46,548 bases of DNA from the NCBI GenBank assembly GCA_947364715.1, contig CANAUI010000001.1, forward strand, positions 67,157 to 113,704. Direction: 5' to 3'. The translations under genes were made by a program, and so were the position numbers. How positions within the stretch are numbered: the stretch's first letter is position 1; each line of letters starts with the position of its first letter. Positions 18,701 to 28,831 of the stretch are shown in pieces. This DNA is from an uncultured Clostridium sp. (GTDB taxonomy: Bacteria > Bacillota > Clostridia > TANB77 > CAG-508). The notes under the pieces were generated by a model. The model saw only the letters and a list, made by a program, of their open reading frames with translations. It had not been told where the DNA came from and did no database searches.

Positions 18701-21700
18701 CATTTGCCATCTTTTGTACTATTTTTTCCATCAATTCTATCTTCCCATGCAAATCCTCTTATTTTGATATATTTTAGTTTATTTTTAGCTGTTATATTAC
18801 TTGTACTACTTGTTTCTTGTTGTATTGCTGATGAAGATGTATTTGTAGATTTTTGTCTTACTACTTCTATTACAGCTGATGTTGATTTATCTATGTTTGA
18901 TATTTGACCATTACTATTTTTAACTTCCCAAGAAATAAAGTTTTCGTCTATGTCATAACCAAAATTATCTCCTACTGATATTTCTTCTATAATATAATTT
19001 CCTGTTAATATATTATATATGTTAATAATTCCTCTTTCATCTGTTACAAATGTTGTTGCTTCTTCTGGATTTTTTGTTGTTCCCATATTATCAAAATGTA
19101 CTTTTCCTGTTGCTGTTGTAATTGGTTTTAAATTTCCTTTTGCATCTAATTGCTTTCCAATTACATATTCAGAATTTTGTTGATTTATTATTCTGAAACT
19201 AATACCTGATAATTTTATATTACTATTGTCTGAATCTTTTTTCTCAATTTGTAAATTTCCTGTATGTTTTGTATTTTTTAATACATATTGTTTTATCATT
19301 CCATAATATATGGTAGTTTCTCCTTTTTCAAGTTCTGCATATCCATAATGATTATTTGAAAGTTCTGTAATTTTGTATGTTCCTGCTGTTAAATTGTCAA
19401 TATGGATTTTTCCATTTTTGTCTGTTGTAAATGTTTTATCATATCCTGTTGCTGTATTTTGTACTCTTACTTGTACTCCTGGTAGAACAACACCAGAGTT
19501 GTCTGTATCTTGTTTTATAATTTCCAATACCGCAGTAAAGTTCTTCCACTCTACTGATGCAGAAGCTTTTGTAGTTGTTGTAATTCGTTTTGACATTTGC
19601 CCTGAAGTTGAGACGTTTTGTGCCGTTGTAATTATACTAGGATGATATTCTCCAGTAACATTTGCAATTACTTCTTCTACTTTTGTTACATTTGCTGTAT
19701 TAGTTGCTCTTACTATATTAATTCCTGTTTGACAAGCATTTGCTGGTATTTTTAAATAAAATGTTGCATTCCCTTTTACACTTATACTAGCACCACTACT
19801 ATTACATGTACTTACACCACTTACTACTTTATTATTTTTATCAATTACTTGAATATTATATCCATTTGAATTATTACAATTAATAACAAATGGTCCTAAT
19901 ATATAATAATTATTATCTAATTTTACCATATTTATACTACTATTACCTTTTGATAAACTAATTGTTCCTTGTGATATAGTCCTTCTTGATACTATTGTAT
20001 AAGTCTCATCTCCTAGATGATATTCTTTAGGATATGGATATTCCTTGTCTTGATTAGGTGTAGATGGCCAACTATTCATACAAGTTCCACTTCCAAAAGG
20101 CCCTCCTGTAAATTTTACTCCATGTACTCCTCCATTAAATCTAAATGTTGTATCTAAATATGATGTTAGATATTCAACATTTTGTGCTCTATCAGCAATA
20201 GAATTTGTTTCTTGCATAAATATAATTGTTACAAATAAAATAGCAAACATACTCAATTTAGATATTTTATGAAATTTACTTATATTTATTTTTCCTTTTT
20301 TAATTCCAATAAATAAAGCTATAACTAATAATATTAGTAATATAAAACCTATTGAAATATATACACCTATACCTGTACCAATTGATATAATAATTTCTGC
20401 TTTTGAAAAATCATCTTCTGTTTCAATACCATTTCCTGGTGTTGAATCAATATCTTTTATTTGTTTTGAATTATTTGCTTGTCCAATTTCTGCCTTATTA
20501 ATAAATATTCCTGTAGAATCACCTGACATTGTTTTTGTTGCTGTCAATGTTAATGTTATACTTTCTCCTGCTGGAAGTCTTTGATTTTTAATACTTTCAT
20601 TAATTACTATATTATTTCCTTGATTTCTCCATAATTGTGTATTTGTTGTATCAAGACGGAATCCCTCTGGCAAATAGTCTACAACATTACCTATAGTTGC
20701 ATCTAATTCTCCTTCGTTTGTAACTGTAATTTTATATTGGACTGTAACCTTTGCCCCTTCTATTTCTTTTGCTCTAATATCTACTTTTGCTAATTTTACA
20801 TTTTGATAATTATATGTATTTGTTCTCTGTTTTGTTTGCACAGTTACCATTGAAATACTCTTATTTAGACTTAAATCAAACAATTTATTTTCTACTAATC
20901 CCATGTCTATGTTAGATTTATTTTCATTTACTTTCAGGATATCTGTTGCTGCAACTATAACTTTATCTCCAAACAATTTAATTTCTTGTTCAAAAACATC
21001 TGAATTTATATTTTCTGATACACCATTATGTTTATATTGTGTTACAGTATAGTTACTATTATCATAAACAAATAATACTACATAATTTCCCTCTTTTAAA
21101 TTAGTAAATCTATATGTTCCATTTTCTCCAGTAACAGTTTCTGCATCAATTGCATTTGCCTTTTGCATATTAACTAAAATAACTCTTATATTTTTTAATA
21201 TTGCTTCTGTTGATTGTCTAGCACCATCTTCATTACTATCAATCCAAGCAACTCCTGAAATTGCATAATTTTTTTCTGATGGGTTATTTGGATTATCTGG
21301 ATTGTCTGGGTTGTCTGGGTTGTCTGGATTGTCTGGGTCAATTGGTTTATCTGGCTCTTCTGGATTCTCTGGGTCAGTTTCTATTTCTGAAATAATTGTA
21401 TGTGCTATTGTATTAGAAGTTTTATGTAATACAACTTTTTCTATTGAATCATCTTCGTCATTTATTTTTTCTGTTATAGTAATTGTTGCACTATTTTCTA
21501 TTTTTGTATCTTCAAATACATATCCTGCTGTAGCTATAATTTTAATATGTGCAGTTTCATCTTTTGGTATATTACATATAATATCTACATTTGGTAATTT
21601 ATTTCCTTCTTGGTCTTCTAATAAATTATTAATATCTAATGTAATCTCTTCTTTAATTAATTTAACATCATCATCAGTAAGTATTTCTGTTTCATTATCT

Positions 21701-24519
21701 TCTTTAAACTCTTGTTTCCAAGTTTCATAAGTAACACTAACTGGATTTATATTTTCTGGTAAAAAATCTGTAAGATGAACAGCTACTGATTTTTCATGTA
21801 ATAGAGTAGATTTTGTTCCTCCTGTATTTGTTACTGCAATATCATATTGTATTTCTTCACCATAATTTATCTTTTGGCCTTCTGTTGGTGAAGTCATTAC
21901 AATTGTAGCATTTTGATATTCATATTCTATTCTATTTTCATTTGAAGTATATATTTTTCCATTAACAGAAGCCTTTGCAGTTGCTACAATTGTTTTTATA
22001 TATGTATTTGTATTTTTGTCAATTTCATATTCTTCCATATATCCTTCAAAGAAATAATTACCATTTACTGTTAGCTTTGCAGTTACTATATTATCTTCTG
22101 ATATTTTTATATTATCATTAGGAATTATTTGTAATTCTTCTGTTCCTTCTATAAAAAACCATTTTAATTTAAATTCTTCTGGCAATTTTATTTGTACAAT
22201 TGCCTCTTCTCCTGTTTTTCCTACTAATTCTAATCCATAATTCCATCTATTGTGACCATTATCTATTCTTGCATCAAGAAACATCTTTACTTCTGCTGGT
22301 TTAATTATATTATTTATTTGATAATTTGTTGCTATTGTTTCTCCTACATATGTTTTAATGTCGGTTATAATTTCTTTTTGTTCTTCTCTATTTTCTAAAT
22401 CTTGAGCTTGTACTTCATAAAATGTTTCATAAGTTTTTCCTGCTTCTATAGTTCCTATATCTATACTTTTCTCTTTTATAGAATCATCAAAATAATAAGT
22501 ATATTCCCCCTTATACTTATAATAATCAGCCTTTAATTCTCCATAAACTAATCCTTCTGGTATATTAGCAACAACTTTAACATTTTCTATATCTGTATTT
22601 GAAATATTAGTAACCTTAATGTTATATTTTATATATTCTCCTTCATAAACAATATCTCCATCATTTAAAATGACATCTCCTTTTACAGGTGTTACTTCTA
22701 ATTTCAAACTATCTAATATCTCTTGTGCCGTAGCTTTGTCAGATAATTCAATGTCTTGTATTATTTCTTCTAATTCATTTTGTTCTGCATTATAACTTCT
22801 AATATTTAATGGTATTTCTATATTTCCTTCTTCTGTGCTTTTATCTAATGTATAATTGTTTGTATATACTAAATTTAATTTATCTGTTATATTTTCAATA
22901 TCTTTTTTCAAAATGATTGTTGCTGGTATTTTTATATTTGTAATTAATCCTAAATTACTTTCCTGATATTGTGTTTGTTCTCCTGTTAAATTAGCTATAA
23001 TGCTCATATTTCCATTTTTATCTGTTTCTATATATGGCTCTTCTAATGTTAACCCATTACCATATACCATTACAGAATTGCCTAATATCACTTTTTCCAC
23101 TTGGCTTGGTAGTTCTATTTTTAAACTTGTGTCTTTAAATAAGTTATTTTTTATTTCAGCTGAATTCAAATTAATATCAAATATAATGTCATTTTGTTGT
23201 TCATTTGTCCATTCTGTAGAGTTTACAGTCATATTTACATTATTTTGTGCATCTTTTATTTCAACCAAATTTTCTTTTGTTATATTATAAGTTTCCTCTT
23301 CTATATTTTGAGTTTCTATATTTTCCTCTGTTTGTGTTATAATTTGTTTTTCATTAAATCCAATAATATTAGTTATTGTTTTTATATTTAAATTTCTGAT
23401 ATCTGTCATTGTGTTTTTGATTTCTTTTGTATTTTCAATATTTAATATACCTTCATTTACAATATTACTCATTTTTATATGTAAATTTGTTAAATCATTT
23501 TCATAATTAATTGTAATTACTCCATCTTCTGCAAATTGTGCATTTTGGTCAATCACAGAAACTGTATTACCGTCTTCATCAAAAATTTCAATACAAAATT
23601 CTTCTCCAAGAATTTCTATTATATTTTGTCTTTTAAATTTTGTATTTTTATATACTAGCTGGTTGTCATTTCCTAAATCTTTTACAATTTCTTCATCATT
23701 TGTTTTTACAAATATATTTTTTTCTGTTATTTGCATTTTTTGATGTAATTCTTTTTTACTAACATTTATTTTTATTGTATCTTTATATTGTGTATTATAT
23801 TCTGTTTTATTAATGATATTTGATTTTATATATCCATTATATATATCTTCTGTATCATATTTTATAGAAGTTAAATCCCCAATATCTTCTGTTACTACAT
23901 TTTTCAACTCTCCTTCTGCATATAGTTCATTATTCTTCTCTGAAAATAATGCTATTCTTGAAGAAATTTTTAAAGCAATTTCTCTTTCTACTGGATTATT
24001 TGTATATGTATCATAATAACAAATTAAAATATAATCATCTCTGCTATCTTTATTTGGTATTTTATCTGAAATTATATTTCCATTTTCATCCTGATTTTCT
24101 GTCTTTATTGTTAGTATACCTGTGTCAGGATTATATTCACTATCTACATAAATATTTTTGTCTGCATTTCCATTTGTTGCATTTGTATTATTTATAATAA
24201 CTTTTACATCATAAGGATGTTTTCCATCAATTTGTCCAATATTAATTGTTGTTATATTTTCTTTTATAGGTAAAACTTCAAGTTCTTCTTTATAATTTAT
24301 TCCTGTCCTTAAATGATATTGTAATAATGTTCCTTTATCATCATTATCTAAATTATAGTTTACATATTTTTCTAATGCCCCTTCTAAGATTGGAGTTACT
24401 TTGATTGTTGTTTCTTCTTCTGCATTAACAAACTGTAATCTTAACATAAAAATGTTTAATACAGCTAAAATTATAATTAGTAATCCTAGAATCTTTTTAT
24501 GAAGATTTTTCTTTTCCAT
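15775..24519 (-). CDS. Giant (2914 aa) surface protein with DUF11-like, SdrD-B-like and SpaA/Cna-B-like domains; fusion of A-type and B-type paralogs
   Basis: Signal peptide; IKYNIKVTN-type repeats; ISGVAWIDSNEDG, IRGFAWED, IKGTVWED (SdrD-B-like); LEIIKQD and LQIEKKD (SpaA-like); internal IGTG-TM-KK; C-terminal TPPTG-TM-KKK. Confidence 0.85.
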   Translation of the reverse strand: MEKKNLHKKILGLLIIILAVLNIFMLRLQFVNAEEETTIKVTPILEGALEKYVNYNLDNDDKGTLLQYHLRTGINYKEELEVLPIKENITTINIGQIDGKHPYDVKVIINNTNATNGNADKNIYVDSEYNPDTGILTIKTENQDENGNIISDKIPNKDSRDDYILICYYDTYTNNPVEREIALKISSRIALFSEKNNELYAEGELKNVVTEDIGDLTSIKYDTEDIYNGYIKSNIINKTEYNTQYKDTIKINVSKKELHQKMQITEKNIFVKTNDEEIVKDLGNDNQLVYKNTKFKRQNIIEILGEEFCIEIFDEDGNTVSVIDQNAQFAEDGVITINYENDLTNLHIKMSNIVNEGILNIENTKEIKNTMTDIRNLNIKTITNIIGFNEKQIITQTEENIETQNIEEETYNITKENLVEIKDAQNNVNMTVNSTEWTNEQQNDIIFDINLNSAEIKNNLFKDTSLKIELPSQVEKVILGNSVMVYGNGLTLEEPYIETDKNGNMSIIANLTGEQTQYQESNLGLITNIKIPATIILKKDIENITDKLNLVYTNNYTLDKSTEEGNIEIPLNIRSYNAEQNELEEIIQDIELSDKATAQEILDSLKLEVTPVKGDVILNDGDIVYEGEYIKYNIKVTNISNTDIENVKVVANIPEGLVYGELKADYYKYKGEYTYYFDDSIKEKSIDIGTIEAGKTYETFYEVQAQDLENREEQKEIITDIKTYVGETIATNYQINNIIKPAEVKMFLDARIDNGHNRWNYGLELVGKTGEEAIVQIKLPEEFKLKWFFIEGTEELQIIPNDNIKISEDNIVTAKLTVNGNYFFEGYMEEYEIDKNTNTYIKTIVATAKASVNGKIYTSNENRIEYEYQNATIVMTSPTEGQKINYGEEIQYDIAVTNTGGTKSTLLHEKSVAVHLTDFLPENINPVSVTYETWKQEFKEDNETEILTDDDVKLIKEEITLDINNLLEDQEGNKLPNVDIICNIPKDETAHIKIIATAGYVFEDTKIENSATITITEKINDEDDSIEKVVLHKTSNTIAHTIISEIETDPENPEEPDKPIDPDNPDNPDNPDNPDNPNNPSEKNYAISGVAWIDSNEDGARQSTEAILKNIRVILVNMQKANAIDAETVTGENGTYRFTNLKEGNYVVLFVYDNSNYTVTQYKHNGVSENINSDVFEQEIKLFGDKVIVAATDILKVNENKSNIDMGLVENKLFDLSLNKSISMVTVQTKQRTNTYNYQNVKLAKVDIRAKEIEGAKVTVQYKITVTNEGELDATIGNVVDYLPEGFRLDTTNTQLWRNQGNNIVINESIKNQRLPAGESITLTLTATKTMSGDSTGIFINKAEIGQANNSKQIKDIDSTPGNGIETEDDFSKAEIIISIGTGIGVYISIGFILLILLVIALFIGIKKGKINISKFHKISKLSMFAILFVTIIFMQETNSIADRAQNVEYLTSYLDTTFRFNGGVHGVKFTGGPFGSGTCMNSWPSTPNQDKEYPYPKEYHLGDETYTIVSRRTISQGTISLSKGNSSINMVKLDNNYYILGPFVINCNNSNGYNIQVIDKNNKVVSGVSTCNSSGASISVKGNATFYLKIPANACQTGINIVRATNTANVTKVEEVIANVTGEYHPSIITTAQNVSTSGQMSKRITTTTKASASVEWKNFTAVLEIIKQDTDNSGVVLPGVQVRVQNTATGYDKTFTTDKNGKIHIDNLTAGTYKITELSNNHYGYAELEKGETTIYYGMIKQYVLKNTKHTGNLQIEKKDSDNSNIKLSGISFRIINQQNSEYVIGKQLDAKGNLKPITTATGKVHFDNMGTTKNPEEATTFVTDERGIINIYNILTGNYIIEEISVGDNFGYDIDENFISWEVKNSNGQISNIDKSTSAVIEVVRQKSTNTSSSAIQQETSSTSNITAKNKLKYIKIRGFAWEDRIDGKNSTKDGKWNDQAEDKRLQNIPVRLYINGNKVDETITDENGEYIFGNYDEDTNALKLKIDDLVGAYIEFEYNGMNYQSIEVNPEFIEQKENISNGNTVVRYTGNGNTVTDEALRNQFNDSYATIGKGISSTTDGEKKHNIDYKYDAENHKSHVDYGDDIKYGYEGQKYPISGTYDQYIIHQAIAQLDDVFTPELTPDNIRKNSVIEIGGLNLGVEEREMPDLAIIQDMDKVEISLNNYTHTYQYAQRFEDPENYAGGDPFNVTVKFANKYSENSYSREVYPSDVIYNKQEGNEGNLKIFITYRLKIRNEASNVYANLKSLSNYYDERYENVVVRDEEGNLIQVQDDLHYNKNGLKKIKIQSNYLIESGQTREMTITYQLNNDAINTILNKDLTLDSITEITSYSSYSDKQYSIPYAGIDVDSAPDTVIPEIDESNKINIVNTIEDDTDKAPSLIIKPKEERIIKGTVWEDSAIQGLLQNSGYSKERKGNGIYEDTESIVKEAENVVKNVRVELLNVIKNQAGIDTYIPAKLYKKNEVAYKDDIVVDPAVTMTNEKGEYSFEGVIPGNYILRYTYGDTSILYDKDGNVVRDSNGNSCYIDADNYKSTIYRGGNKEAVNAMEDYWYRGETSNIEGVVRLSDAKDNENIIRTRSTEAEEITYENAIGNNGLTHISADTRKFDIKLDYDINLDNISKYSDELKFVFDNIDFGIIERPKQSLIVDKQVSNIQIMLTNGNDLINGDPRSSKMPGVKVLDDNVYIEIDNEIIQGSTLRITYEISVDNSNCEIDYNNEDYYIYGTVPIGNAGWKIARVADMFDYLPEDLVLQSTEDNNWERIKIEPNMKGKLLAEPIYEKVKGLQNIIHLKNPIFENMLPGSELVDTSMVVSKQLSMSTDDAIYQNNIEIIKLKSRTIYDSIPGNYDPTTNKSYDPYINEYTQSEFDDDNVEIIITPPTGENRIYWIYGVLGITMLVVIGVGIITIKKKVL
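21281..21378 (-). repeat. 9-bp tandem repeat encoding a (DNP)n Pro/Asp linker
   Basis: DPENPEEPDKPIDPDNPDNPDNPDNPDNPNNP; DNA units gggttgtct / ggattgtct on the + strand. Confidence 0.85.
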
Positions 24520-24776
24520 AATTTCCCCTCCAAAAATAAGTATTGTTATCCTATATTCTATACTATACTTTATTTTCTAACTTTTCAATGTGAATGTTTT
24601 CCATAAATTTATCTAATATTTATATTTGTTTAGGGATGCTCTTTTCCCTAGTTTTATTAACTTTATATTATATTTTATTTACTATTTTGTAACATTTTGT
24701 AATATTTTAATAGATATTTGTATAAAATGCCTATTTGCGTAAGTTACAATTGACAGCATTGATATGTCGTAGAAAG

Positions 24777-24817
24777 AAAAAAATATGAGATTAATTAATC
24801 TAATCTCATATTTTTTT
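24777..24817 (-). terminator. Intrinsic terminator after the 1328-aa gene
   Basis: 17-bp stem aaaaaaatatgagatta / taatctcatattttttt, 8 nt after the stop; separates the A-B operon from the fused gene. Confidence 0.8.
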
Positions 24818-24824
24818 ATATAAA

Positions 24825-27800
24825 CTATTTGTTAAGAACTTTCTTCTTAATAACTATAACTCCTGTTCCTATAATAACAAACGCAACTACTAAAACAGCT
24901 ATAGGTATAATATAATTCAAGTTTTCACCAGTATTTGGTGTCACAATTACAACTTCTGCCATATCATCATCAGGCTCTACTGATGGTCCAGTACCTGGTA
25001 TATAGTTACCTGGTATTGAAGTTATATCTGAGCCACCTGTTTTTTCTACTTTAACAATTTCTGTTTCATTATCTAATTCAATATTTTCTGATGATGCTAG
25101 CAATTTAGATACATTTAACATAACAATTGCACTATCTGTTGGGCGTAAATCATATCCTTTTAATGATTCTGTATATAACATTTTTCTATTATCTATTGTT
25201 GTTGATTTTTTTACTTCTTCTGCTAAGTCGATTCTACTATCATCCTTTTTTATTGATTCCCAATCTAAGTTATTTGAAGAATCAAAATCCCAATCACTAT
25301 CTAGGTAATCTACAATTGCTGATGGTGTTATTGTTACAACATCACCTTCTGCAATACCATATGTATAATAGTTTTCTGATATGTAATCTAATTCACTATT
25401 ATTAGTTGCTTTTATTTCATATCCAATTTGTAATCTTGAACCTTGTATTAATTCACTATCTAATTCAAGTCTTACCATTCCATTAGTTGGTATTGAATTA
25501 GCTGATGCTGGTAAATATGTAACATTTGATTTTTGGCCTTCTAGTTTTCCATCTTCTGTTATTTTTAAATCTACTAATGGTTGCCCATTTGCTAATGTTA
25601 CTTTCATTATACTTGCTCTTTTATTTAATGATAATTCTTGTCTTGCTCTTTCTACAATACCGAAATCAAGATTGCTAATTCTATATACATATTTATCTCC
25701 ATAAGATGCTGTATATGTTGTTTCATATTCTACACCAATTCCCATAGTTGGTGTTTTAGAATCCATTTTATGAATAGTTACTTCACTACTATTTGTTATT
25801 GTCTTCATTTCATCATCTATTTGTTGTCTTGACCCTTTTGGTGCAGTTTGAGGATTATTATAATTATCTATTGCATCTGTCCATCTTGTATCTACATCTG
25901 TTTTATACCATTGTTTATTTGCAATATTAGAATTATACCTCTCTTTATTATATACAGTTCCTTTATAATGTTGTACAGTATAATTTTCGTCTCCCCAAGT
26001 ATAAGTTAATGTATAATCTCCTGGTATGAAATTTGAAATATAGAAATCTCCATTTTCATCTGTTGTAGTTCTATACACTAATCCAGTTCCTGTATTTTCT
26101 GTTAAAGTAACTTCTACACCTGGTATTCCAGTTTCTCCTTCTTCATAAGCTCCACTACCTTGTCTAACTTGTCCTGTTAATAATTCTCCTGATGTAGAAT
26201 CTAAGAATACTTTACCTGCCATTTCTCTACTATCTGCTGACTCTAATTTTAGAGATGGACTTGAATCTGTATCATCTTCATATGTTGAAGTATCACCTGG
26301 TCTTGCATTTCCTGGGTTAGAATCTCTGTCTATACCAGCATATACATTTCCATTTTTGTCAAATGTTGAATATGAATTAATTTCTACTACATTATCTAAT
26401 GTTTCTTTATCATTTAAAATTGCTAAAACTGCTTCTCTATTTAATTCAAATTGTACGTAAAATTCGTTTTGTTTTCCAGATTCAATTCTTGAGTTTGTAT
26501 AAATAGTTGCTTTTGAATATTGGTTATTATATGTATTTTGTTCATAGTCAATATTTCCTGTAATTATACCTTCTTTATTAACTTCTGTACCTACTGAAAC
26601 AATTTTATATCTGTTATCAAAATAATCTACTAAGTTATTTACTTGTGTAATTAAATTACTTGTTTCATTTCTTACAGCAATTCTATATGTTACATATACT
26701 TTTAATTCTCTACTGCTATCTTGTTCATTAATATATTCATAATCTGCTTTATAAATTGGTCTTGTATATGAATTATTTACATATTCACTAGCAAATTTAA
26801 CACCAACATTAAATCCTGTACCATCATAATTTCCATCTGATTCTTGTGCTTCTAAGTTTGCAAATCTTTGTGCATATTCATAAATATGTTGATATCCATT
26901 AATTGCAATTCTTACATTTTGCATATCTTTAATTAATGCTAAATCTGGTTGTTCTCTTTCATATAATCCTAAATTAATATATGGTATTTCTTCCATTCCA
27001 TATTCAAATTGATTTTTTATTATATAATCTGTTTCATCTGTGTTTGCTGTTATTGGATATTGTCCAACTGGTAAACCTTCATTAATGAAAGTTGATTTAT
27101 GTTGTTCTGAATCTTTATTATATTTTAATTCATGTGTTATATTTCTATTTTCGTTTAATGCTACACCTGTTGTTTCAGAAGCACCTTCAATTATGCTAAA
27201 TTCTTTATTAAATGAATCTCTAACATTTGGATTTTCTGATGCTTTTGAGCCATTATCTTTATCAATATGTGGTGTTACATTTGAATATGTTATTCCATCA
27301 TATTCAAATTCTATAAAATAATTTTCTAAATTATCAATTCTAACATCTACAAATTGATAATATCTTATAACATTATCTCCTAAAGTTATTTCTTTTGTTA
27401 ATACATAGAAGTCTTCACCTTTATCATTTTTTACAATTTCACCTGTTCTTCTATCAATTAATCTTACAATAACATCTTTTAATAGTTCATCTCTATCATC
27501 ATTTAAATCATCTCTATATAAACTATTTCTTTGTGATTGTTTTCCTGATTGTTTGTCTAACCATACATATCCAGAAAGTTTTACATAAATTTGTTTGTTT
27601 TCAATAATAAAGTCTTTAGTTTTATCTATAACAACTGTTCCTTCCACACCTTCTGATATAAATTCATAACCATAATTTGGATTTTGTGTTTCATATGCTA
27701 CATAAGTTCCTACAATTAAGTTTTTTATTAAAATTTCTCCCTTAGAATCTGTTACAAATTCTGTTGCTTGACTTTCATTTACATATGTTATTTTTCCATT

Positions 27801-28811
27801 TGCGTCTTTATGTACATATAATCCTGTATTTTTGTTTTTAATTTTAAATCCAACTCCTTGTAATTTAACTTCATGATTATCTTTATTTACTTTAATAACT
27901 TTTAAATTTCCTAATAAGTCAATATTATATTCAAAGTTTGTATTATAAGGATATGGTGTTTTATATGGTTCTCTTAATATTAAGTTTTGGTAACTACTTT
28001 CTGTTGATTGTAAAAAGTAAATTTCCACACCTTTTACTTCTGTTTCACCACTTGCCATAATATTTGTAATTCTACTTATACCACTACTAATTGGTACTGA
28101 AATATAAAAATCTTTTCCTGATTGTATTTGACTAACATTAATGTTTTCTACTGTTGTTCCTGTATATTTACTAAATTTAATACCACTTACTGTATTTCCA
28201 TTTTGGTCTTTTACTGCTATTTCCTTTAAATTACCAGAAAAACTCCAATTAAATGGTCCTATTTTAATCATATCTCCATCAGATTTTACAGTTAATGCTG
28301 TCTTATTTGTATTATCTGTAATTTTTAAATTTCTTAAGCTATCTGCATAGTCTGAAGATATTTTATCTAAGTTATTATTATTTCCTTTCACTGCATTTAC
28401 AAATCCAAGGTATAATCCTGCATGATTCTTTCCTACATTGTTCATCCATGTATATATATAATTCCAAATAGCATTTTGTACTGGTCCACTTTCTTTATCA
28501 GTCCCATTATCTGCTGATAATATGCTGGCAAATTTTGCATTATGCCAACTTGTAATACTTTTTCCTGTATGGTCTGTTGAAGTATTTCCTTCAATATCTA
28601 TTGCTGAAATAATTTGATATTTTATTCTTCTATAATTTGTTAATGCTTGGTTATGCTCAACACAAAATAAATTTGAATCACTTAAATACTTATTATAAGT
28701 AATATACATTGTATCTCCTACATTATATCCTGCATTTGCTATATTAGTAAATGCTAATATAGCAAATGCCATTACTATAATTGATATTAGTAACTTTTTT
28801 AGTTTACTCAT
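24825..28811 (-). CDS. Large cell-wall-anchored surface protein, B-type (SpaA-like + SdrD-B-like domains)
   Basis: Signal peptide; LFCVEH N-terminal motif; GNLKVIKVNKD, LSGYVWLD, MAGKVFLD; C-terminal TPNTG-TM-KKK sorting signal; SD aaggagg. Confidence 0.85.
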   Translation of the reverse strand: MSKLKKLLISIIVMAFAILAFTNIANAGYNVGDTMYITYNKYLSDSNLFCVEHNQALTNYRRIKYQIISAIDIEGNTSTDHTGKSITSWHNAKFASILSADNGTDKESGPVQNAIWNYIYTWMNNVGKNHAGLYLGFVNAVKGNNNNLDKISSDYADSLRNLKITDNTNKTALTVKSDGDMIKIGPFNWSFSGNLKEIAVKDQNGNTVSGIKFSKYTGTTVENINVSQIQSGKDFYISVPISSGISRITNIMASGETEVKGVEIYFLQSTESSYQNLILREPYKTPYPYNTNFEYNIDLLGNLKVIKVNKDNHEVKLQGVGFKIKNKNTGLYVHKDANGKITYVNESQATEFVTDSKGEILIKNLIVGTYVAYETQNPNYGYEFISEGVEGTVVIDKTKDFIIENKQIYVKLSGYVWLDKQSGKQSQRNSLYRDDLNDDRDELLKDVIVRLIDRRTGEIVKNDKGEDFYVLTKEITLGDNVIRYYQFVDVRIDNLENYFIEFEYDGITYSNVTPHIDKDNGSKASENPNVRDSFNKEFSIIEGASETTGVALNENRNITHELKYNKDSEQHKSTFINEGLPVGQYPITANTDETDYIIKNQFEYGMEEIPYINLGLYEREQPDLALIKDMQNVRIAINGYQHIYEYAQRFANLEAQESDGNYDGTGFNVGVKFASEYVNNSYTRPIYKADYEYINEQDSSRELKVYVTYRIAVRNETSNLITQVNNLVDYFDNRYKIVSVGTEVNKEGIITGNIDYEQNTYNNQYSKATIYTNSRIESGKQNEFYVQFELNREAVLAILNDKETLDNVVEINSYSTFDKNGNVYAGIDRDSNPGNARPGDTSTYEDDTDSSPSLKLESADSREMAGKVFLDSTSGELLTGQVRQGSGAYEEGETGIPGVEVTLTENTGTGLVYRTTTDENGDFYISNFIPGDYTLTYTWGDENYTVQHYKGTVYNKERYNSNIANKQWYKTDVDTRWTDAIDNYNNPQTAPKGSRQQIDDEMKTITNSSEVTIHKMDSKTPTMGIGVEYETTYTASYGDKYVYRISNLDFGIVERARQELSLNKRASIMKVTLANGQPLVDLKITEDGKLEGQKSNVTYLPASANSIPTNGMVRLELDSELIQGSRLQIGYEIKATNNSELDYISENYYTYGIAEGDVVTITPSAIVDYLDSDWDFDSSNNLDWESIKKDDSRIDLAEEVKKSTTIDNRKMLYTESLKGYDLRPTDSAIVMLNVSKLLASSENIELDNETEIVKVEKTGGSDITSIPGNYIPGTGPSVEPDDDMAEVVIVTPNTGENLNYIIPIAVLVVAFVIIGTGVIVIKKKVLNK

Positions 28812-28831
28812 TTTTTTACCTCCTTTCTTTC

